The notes below the pieces were generated by a model, which saw only the letters and a list, made by a program, of their open reading frames with translations, was not told the origin of the DNA and made no database searches. From sequence record OL436245.1: a stretch of 64,000 nucleotides of DNA; one strand, given 5' to 3'. Of this stretch, positions 58,669 through 64,000 are shown one piece after another. Both the position numbers and the translations under genes were made by a program. Within the stretch, counting starts at the first letter, position 1; every line of letters starts with the position of its first letter. Origin of the DNA: Staphylococcus phage vB_SurM-PSU4.

Positions 58669-58917
58669 ATGTATTCTTTAATAGAGCTTGAAAAGGTATA
58701 TGCCAACCTCAAAGAAGGTATGAGTAAATTTCACGATTTTAAATTCGATACTTTACTGATAGTTGCAGCGATAACATTAGGAACTAATCATATTTGTAAA
58801 GCTATAAAAAATATCGAAACTAGAAACGATTCTGTAAGAAAGTATATTGATAAAATAGATTTTGATGACGATAATATTATGGGTAGACAAGGAGGTTTAT
58901 ATGATAGTTATATATAA
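58669..58917 (+). CDS. Hypothetical protein, 82 aa
   Basis: GGAGGACGAG RBS. Confidence 0.45.
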   Translation: MYSLIELEKVYANLKEGMSKFHDFKFDTLLIVAAITLGTNHICKAIKNIETRNDSVRKYIDKIDFDDDNIMGRQGGLYDSYI

Positions 58918-59629
58918 TGAGAAAAGTACACAAAGTAAATATATACCTAGATTGTTTAAAGAAACTCATGGTATATCAGATATAGAAAAAGAACCTATCA
59001 GGTATGTAGACAATGAACAATATATTTTAATCGGTTTCATTTATAAAGAAGGTAAGTTTGATTACTTTAAGAACAAGAATACTTATTTTATTACTAATAT
59101 AGGTACAATGCCTCAAGGATTTAATACTGTAGGAGAAGATAAGAAACATTATAGTATCATTCATCAATTACTTTATTTAGATTTACTTGAAGGCAGTAAA
59201 GAACTTAAGAGAGTAGCACTAGAACACGATAATTACTTTAACTTTTTAGAATACAATCAAAATATTCAAAGTTTTATTTCGGATAATAACCCAATTAAGC
59301 TTGACGAATTAATAGAAAAGTGTTATTATAGTAATATAGGTGATAAACATATCTATTTATTATATGAGAATGACCCTAAACTTAAGATATTATTAGCACA
59401 CGAAGCACTTAAAAATACAAGTGGTTTATTTATTACTGTTTCACAAACTAGAAGTAATAATGACATCTTAACTATTTATATGAAAGACGTAGACAAAGCT
59501 AAAGTGTGTGAAATATTTAACTTAGACTGTCCAGAACATTCAAATATTGTAAGTATGTTTATACCTAGTCACATTAACGTATTAGGAAATCAAATAAAAA
59601 GATTTATGGAGGAGAATAATGAAGTTTAA
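58901..59629 (+). CDS. Hypothetical protein, about 242 aa
   Basis: The ATG at 58901 lies 5 nt after AAGGAGG; the track's 58862 start is in frame but has no RBS. Confidence 0.45.
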   Translation: MIVIYNEKSTQSKYIPRLFKETHGISDIEKEPIRYVDNEQYILIGFIYKEGKFDYFKNKNTYFITNIGTMPQGFNTVGEDKKHYSIIHQLLYLDLLEGSKELKRVALEHDNYFNFLEYNQNIQSFISDNNPIKLDELIEKCYYSNIGDKHIYLLYENDPKLKILLAHEALKNTSGLFITVSQTRSNNDILTIYMKDVDKAKVCEIFNLDCPEHSNIVSMFIPSHINVLGNQIKRFMEENNEV

Positions 59630-60863
59630 CACAGTAGAAGAAGTATATGCAGTCGTCTTTGGTGTCTTATTAAGAGATGAAGGTAAGATTGTATCATCTA
59701 AATTCAATAAGATTATCAATGAGCTAGGATTAGATAGAGTAAGAGCAAAGGAAATACAAGAGATTTATAATGAAATCGATGCTGATAATTATTTAGCAGA
59801 TATTAAAGAACAAGCAATTGATGGTGAGATTACTTTAGATACAGTAGAAGGAGTTACAGGTGACAAACCTTTTGAAGATAAAAAACTCGTAGATACTGTA
59901 TCTAGTTATGTTGTAGATAACAAGCGTAGGTTAGCCGAACTAAGAGAGGTTAGGAAACAACAAGAACCTCATGCTTATACTACAATACTCATGCAAGATT
60001 TAAGAGAAGATTTTAAGTCTATTGAAGAACCTATTTTAGACAGAGAACCAGGTATTACTATTAAAGAATCTAATGATAAAGAATTAGTTGTATTATTGAG
60101 TGATACTCATATCGGTTACCAGTTCAAAGATTCTAAAACAGGTGGATATAACTTTGAAATCTTAAAAGAACGTATGCAACACTTTGTTAATAAAACAGTG
60201 AAAGAAATATTGGAAAGAGATATTCGTAATGTTACAATATATTTTGTAGGAGACCTTATCGAACACGTTTCAATGAGAAATGTAAACCAAGCATTTGATA
60301 CAGAGTTTACTTTATCAGAACAAATTACAAAAGGTACTAGATTATTGATTGATGTAATCCAACAAATTAGTGATGTAACTGAAGGTAACTTGAAGTTTGG
60401 TATGATTGGTGGAAATCATGACCGTTTACAAGGTAATAAGAATGAAAAGATTTACAATGATAATGTAGCTTACATTGTTTTAGATACACTACTTAATCTA
60501 CAAGAATTAGAGTTATTTAATGGTATTGAAATTATTGATAATAGAGATGATGTATACACAATTGAAGACCAAGTATGTGGTAAGAATATTATTGTAAATC
60601 ATGGAGATACACTTAAAGGTAATGTAAACCATATTCCTAAGTTTATTAAAGACCAAGTGTTTGATATTCTTATTACAGGACACGTTCACCATCTTAAAGT
60701 TAAACAAGAAGATTACACAAGACAACACATTACAGTAGGTAGTACGATTGGTTATAACACATATAGCAAAGAACTTAACTTATCTCGTACAGCACCTTCT
60801 CAACAATTATTATTCTTAGAACATAATTCAGATGATATTGAACTTAAAACAGTTTATTTGTAG
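59619..60863 (+). CDS. Calcineurin-like metallophosphoesterase with N-terminal extension
   Basis: Motifs LLSDTHIG, VGDLIEH, GGNHD, NHGD and GHVHH. GGAGGAG RBS. Confidence 0.7.
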   Translation: MKFNTVEEVYAVVFGVLLRDEGKIVSSKFNKIINELGLDRVRAKEIQEIYNEIDADNYLADIKEQAIDGEITLDTVEGVTGDKPFEDKKLVDTVSSYVVDNKRRLAELREVRKQQEPHAYTTILMQDLREDFKSIEEPILDREPGITIKESNDKELVVLLSDTHIGYQFKDSKTGGYNFEILKERMQHFVNKTVKEILERDIRNVTIYFVGDLIEHVSMRNVNQAFDTEFTLSEQITKGTRLLIDVIQQISDVTEGNLKFGMIGGNHDRLQGNKNEKIYNDNVAYIVLDTLLNLQELELFNGIEIIDNRDDVYTIEDQVCGKNIIVNHGDTLKGNVNHIPKFIKDQVFDILITGHVHHLKVKQEDYTRQHITVGSTIGYNTYSKELNLSRTAPSQQLLFLEHNSDDIELKTVYL

Positions 60864-60871
60864 GTGAGCAG

Positions 60872-61198
60872 ATGGAACTAATTAATATTGTTATATATGT
60901 TTTATTATTTGTCACAACAGTTAACACAGCTGTTCAAGTAACTACAGGACTAATTGAAGAAAGGAAAGCTTTCCAAAGAACAGGAGAGAGCTTTCCTAAA
61001 TGGACATACAGTTATACAATTATACCTCAGTTGGTATTTATTATTTCAGGGTGTATTGTTTTGAGAATACCTACTACACCTTTATCATTTACATTTGACC
61101 ATGTAATATGGGTAACAGTAGGTGCTTACATCTTATATACTATAAGTACTTTATTAGGTAATTTAATTGTATCATTGTTACAGAAGAGAGATAAGTAA
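60872..61198 (+). CDS. Membrane protein, 108 aa, 3 TM helices
   Basis: GTAGGTGAG RBS; hydrophobic throughout. Confidence 0.5.
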   Translation: MELINIVIYVLLFVTTVNTAVQVTTGLIEERKAFQRTGESFPKWTYSYTIIPQLVFIISGCIVLRIPTTPLSFTFDHVIWVTVGAYILYTISTLLGNLIVSLLQKRDK

Positions 61199-61218
61199 TT
61201 TGACTTATCTCTTTTTTT
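61187..61218 (+). terminator. Rho-independent terminator (10-bp perfect stem agagataagt/acttatctct, 7-T run)
   Basis: Perfect inverted repeat followed by TTTTTTT. The stop codon lies inside the 5' arm. Confidence 0.6.
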
Positions 61219-61228
61219 ATGATATAAT
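61200..61228 (+). promoter_or_regulatory. Promoter TTGACT-17-TATAAT embedded in the terminator loop and 3' arm
   Basis: TTGACT at 61200-61205 and TATAAT at 61223-61228. Confidence 0.5.
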
Positions 61229-61248
61229 AGTTAGTGAGAGGTGAAAGT

Positions 61249-61788
61249 ATGGAATTTAGTAACTTAAATATGGAAGAAAATAACCTAACAACACGTATTA
61301 GTGAGGGAGTATATTACTTTAAAGATGTTCCACAGTATTACATAGTTTATATTGAGGAATATGGAGAAGAATATGTGTTAGTTTATAGAGTGCAAGACCC
61401 TAAGTCCGATAAACCTACAAGAGCACATAAGAAAGTTTCTATTAATAAAACTGATAAACTCTTACCAGGAGGAACAACATTAAGTGACTCTATTAGACAT
61501 AGTGTAGGAGATAAGTATGAGTATAAAACTGTTTACGAAGACCCTTTATTTGCTTCTGTAGTTGTTCATAATGGTAGAGATACTATTACAGGTAAGTATG
61601 GTAAAGGTTTCTTTGAGCGTAGACCTGAAGGTAAGGTTTATAGTAACAAAGGAGCAAAACAAACAGGAGGAGACTACACAGGTGTGTTCATTTCCTTAGA
61701 AACAGTATCTTGGGTTAAGTCTTATGTTCCATTAGAAAGTGTTATTTCAGAGTATCAGAGAATGGTGGAAGATAATATCAATGTCTAA
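61249..61788 (+). CDS. Hypothetical protein, about 179 aa
   Basis: The ATG at 61249 lies 5 nt after GAGAGGTG. The GTG at 61234 is an in-frame alternative. Confidence 0.5.
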   Translation: MEFSNLNMEENNLTTRISEGVYYFKDVPQYYIVYIEEYGEEYVLVYRVQDPKSDKPTRAHKKVSINKTDKLLPGGTTLSDSIRHSVGDKYEYKTVYEDPLFASVVVHNGRDTITGKYGKGFFERRPEGKVYSNKGAKQTGGDYTGVFISLETVSWVKSYVPLESVISEYQRMVEDNINV

Positions 61789-62533
61789 GAAATTTTATGA
61801 AGCAGATATCAAGAAGGCAGTATTAAAAGAAAGACATTTATTCTATGATGATGGGATTACAAGTGATATAGATGATATTCGTATATATAATGAGAAAGCT
61901 ATAGCACAAGGTAAGTGTATTATGGACTGTTTTGTATTAGATAAAAACGGACATACATTAGGTATAGAAATCAAAACAGAGAGAGATTCCACACAGAGAC
62001 TGAATAAACAAATGTTTTACTATAGTCAAGTGTGTTCTTATGTATACGTACTCTGTCATGACAAACACTTACCTAAAGTAGAGAAGATTTTAAAAGACCA
62101 TAACCATAATCATGTAGGTATCTTAAGTTATATAGAGTTTAAAGGTGAAGTTATGATAGGTAAGTACAAGCAAGCAACATATAGCCCGCATAGAAATCCT
62201 TACCATTGTTTGAATATTTTATGGAAAAACGTATTACTTATTCTAATGAGGTACGTAAGAGACCCTGTTACATTTAGAACAGGATACAATATTAATGCTC
62301 AAGGACACTCTTCAGGTGAAGGACATGCGAATAACTTAGCTTTCTCTAAGAAAAGAAATACAAAACCACAGATTATTAATGGTTTACTCAGTTATTTAGG
62401 ATGGAATAATGCTTATAAACTCTTTACAAGAACTGTTATTTATGGTTATAATGATAGATGGAAGATTGTTGAAGATAACTTCTTTAAAGCATTAAATACA
62501 GAAATGGGTGATATACTTGACAAAGAAAAATAA
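61781..62533 (+). CDS. Putative PD-(D/E)xK-family nuclease
   Basis: The ATG at 61781 overlaps the previous stop. The motif DCFVLD ... LGIEIK fits a D...ExK catalytic core. Confidence 0.45.
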   Translation: MSKKFYEADIKKAVLKERHLFYDDGITSDIDDIRIYNEKAIAQGKCIMDCFVLDKNGHTLGIEIKTERDSTQRLNKQMFYYSQVCSYVYVLCHDKHLPKVEKILKDHNHNHVGILSYIEFKGEVMIGKYKQATYSPHRNPYHCLNILWKNVLLILMRYVRDPVTFRTGYNINAQGHSSGEGHANNLAFSKKRNTKPQIINGLLSYLGWNNAYKLFTRTVIYGYNDRWKIVEDNFFKALNTEMGDILDKEK

Positions 62534-62975
62534 ACCTTTTGTTAACTATGCTCCCTTAGGAAATATGTTAGGTGTAAGTAACAAACCCTTATTTTATAAA
62601 CGAAAGAAAGTAGAAATTAGTGATAGTGCTAAAACAATTAAGTATAAAATAGCTTTTGTTAAAGTATATAAAAATGTATCATCTAAAGATTTAAGTCTAC
62701 AAAGAAAATATGCCTTAAATTTAATTACAGATTTCTTAAATATTAAAGAACAATTCCTTACAGTAAGACAGCATAAGAAAACGGAAGATATTCTTCATAC
62801 AGATAGGGTATATTATATAAGAAAAGGGAAGAAGTTGTTAGGTAAATGTAGTATTAGAGAACAAAGAACATTTACTCAAACAAACTTAATTATTATCTTT
62901 AGATATAGGGTTAGAGTTTCTGGTAGGAAAGCTAGAAGTCTAACTAATGAATCTAAAGACCAAAAGAAAGGATAG
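62508..62975 (+). CDS. Hypothetical basic protein, 155 aa (start uncertain)
   Basis: Lys/Arg-rich. The start overlaps the previous gene and an internal ATG at 62564 is an alternative. Confidence 0.4.
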   Translation: MIYLTKKNKPFVNYAPLGNMLGVSNKPLFYKRKKVEISDSAKTIKYKIAFVKVYKNVSSKDLSLQRKYALNLITDFLNIKEQFLTVRQHKKTEDILHTDRVYYIRKGKKLLGKCSIREQRTFTQTNLIIIFRYRVRVSGRKARSLTNESKDQKKG

Positions 62976-62985
62976 AATTAGAGTT

Positions 62986-63873
62986 ATGGATAAAACAGAA
63001 ATGAAAAGTACAATTAAAGAAATGAAAATACAATCATTTTTAAATAAATTAAAGAAAAAAGAATTTGAAGTATTAGGTGTAAAAGTTATTAGTGATAATA
63101 TGATAGAAGGTATTGTTAGTGACTCTTATATCTATGATGTATCTGATACAAGTAACATAGAATTTACAAGTGTACTTAAAGTCCATGCTTCTGATGTAGA
63201 TAGACTTAAAGACTTTATGTATATTGCAGAACAAACAGGTTTTGCAGATGTAAATATGAACGAACTTTATGGACAACTTAATGTAGGGCAAGGTTTCTTA
63301 ACTGCTCAAATTCTTAAAGACATGAAGACTTCAGAAAACTTTAGAGTGAGTATGAGACATCAGTTTGTTAATCCTACCGTAGAATATCAAGACTTCAAGA
63401 TAGGTAAAGATAATAAATATCGTTTATACCGTATATATGAATCAGGTATTGTAACTGATTTTAATGATGAAGATGTAGAATACACACATGGTGTAGAGAT
63501 ACTAACTACAGTACCAGAGTATGACGGAGAAACTTTATTAGGTAAATTATCCTTAGAAGAATCTCTAACACCTGCAAGTGCTAGAAACTTACTAATGTTG
63601 ATTAGTGGTAATACAATTTTAAATAAAGAAATAGGTGGAGCTTATTATTCAGGTGAAGAACTTAGAGTAAACCTATTTAATATTAACTATAAAGGTATGC
63701 GTATTATTGTTAATCAAGAAGACCAAAGAGTATCTGTCTTAAGTAGTAATTCATTTATTAACTTAGATTTAAGTAAATTAAAAAGTGCAGAAGTTATATC
63801 TAAAGCAGATAATACAAGATTTGAGTTAAACTTTAATTTTGGTAAAGAAAAAGAACTAACAATTTATATTTAA
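62986..63873 (+). CDS. Hypothetical protein, about 295 aa (the track's start at 62947 is in frame)
   Basis: The ATG at 62986 is the first start that does not overlap the upstream gene. No strong RBS for either candidate. Confidence 0.45.
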   Translation: MDKTEMKSTIKEMKIQSFLNKLKKKEFEVLGVKVISDNMIEGIVSDSYIYDVSDTSNIEFTSVLKVHASDVDRLKDFMYIAEQTGFADVNMNELYGQLNVGQGFLTAQILKDMKTSENFRVSMRHQFVNPTVEYQDFKIGKDNKYRLYRIYESGIVTDFNDEDVEYTHGVEILTTVPEYDGETLLGKLSLEESLTPASARNLLMLISGNTILNKEIGGAYYSGEELRVNLFNINYKGMRIIVNQEDQRVSVLSSNSFINLDLSKLKSAEVISKADNTRFELNFNFGKEKELTIYI

Positions 63874-63875
63874 TG

Positions 63876-63905
63876 CTTGACATCCCTCCTTAATTATTGT
63901 ATACT
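63876..63905 (+). promoter_or_regulatory. Promoter TTGACA-18-TATACT
   Basis: Consensus -35 at 63876-63881. A TG immediately precedes the -10 at 63900-63905. Confidence 0.5.
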
Positions 63906-63928
63906 AAGAATATAATTAATTAAGGAGG
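63883..63928 (+). promoter_or_regulatory. 12-bp perfect hairpin pairing an anti-SD (cctccttaatta) with the downstream RBS (taattaaggagg)
   Basis: The 5' arm at 63885-63896 and the 3' arm at 63917-63928 are exact reverse complements. The 20-nt loop contains the promoter's -10. Confidence 0.5.
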
Positions 63929-63945
63929 TTTTTATATGTTTATGT

Positions 63946-64000
63946 ATATTTTAATATTCATGTTTTGTGCAGGTGTAGGAATATATCTAAGTAAAAAGAT
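63946..64000 (+). CDS. 5' end of a small hydrophobic/membrane protein gene (continues beyond the window)
   Basis: ATG 9 nt after AAGGAGG. Translation starts MFMYILIFMFCAGVGIYLSKK... Confidence 0.4.

Noticed and set aside
9-63291. About 40 short minus-strand ORFs (62-148 aa) from the six-frame track, for example 229-417, 1222-1446, 10223-10597, 41813-42259 and 55306-55701
   Set aside because: Every one lies inside a long, well-supported plus-strand gene. They have no RBS and are low-complexity (Ser/Leu/Pro/Ile-rich), as expected from antisense reading of AT-rich coding DNA. The coding layout is consistently unidirectional.
1-64000. Searched for CRISPR arrays, tRNA genes, integrase or att sites
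   Set aside because: No regularly spaced direct repeats were seen. The intergenic gaps are all under 200 bp and are filled by terminator and promoter elements. No tyrosine or serine recombinase signature was found among the ORFs, consistent with a virulent phage segment. tRNA detection by eye is unreliable, so absence is not proven.

Overview
The window is a contiguous block of an AT-rich, strictly virulent-type myovirus genome of the SPO1/Twort-like (Herelleviridae) kind. Host and genus cannot be fixed from sequence alone; the CHAP-domain tail lysin and ~30% GC suggest a Staphylococcus-type host. Every convincing gene is on the + strand. The order is: 3' end of the tape-measure gene with a tail-lysozyme domain; CHAP tail murein hydrolase; NlpC/P60-like protein; large tail protein; PghP-like zinc amidase; baseplate module (LysM-gp25/GpW-like, baseplate-J-like, ~1000-aa and ~1165-aa tail proteins); two paralogous receptor-binding proteins with a small gene between them. 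A sigma-A-type promoter then starts an early/middle block: SF2 helicase, HTH replication protein, DnaB-like helicase, SbcD/SbcC, DnaG primase, Hjc-like resolvase, a ribonucleotide reductase operon with two thioredoxin-like genes, HU/TF1-like protein, intron-free family-A DNA polymerase, two freestanding HNH endonucleases, a nucleoside 2-deoxyribosyltransferase-like protein, RecA-like recombinase, sigma-like factor and Ig-like proteins. From about 55 kb to the end it is a dense accessory region of small ORFs (YopX, Lar-like, tandem paralogs, metallophosphoesterase, PD-(D/E)xK nuclease). No tRNA, CRISPR array or integrase was seen. The main hunting results are: (i) an RNR with the ATP-cone on the radical-generating subunit and an N-terminally minimal catalytic subunit; (ii) seven rho-independent terminators with a sigma-A promoter embedded in the hairpin, the -35 TTGACT sitting in the loop; (iii) an anti-SD hairpin able to sequester an RBS depending on the promoter used; (iv) exact repeated stop/RBS/start junction cassettes; (v) a gamma-PGA-hydrolase-like amidase in the tail module; (vi) a candidate anti-defense island of small genes.
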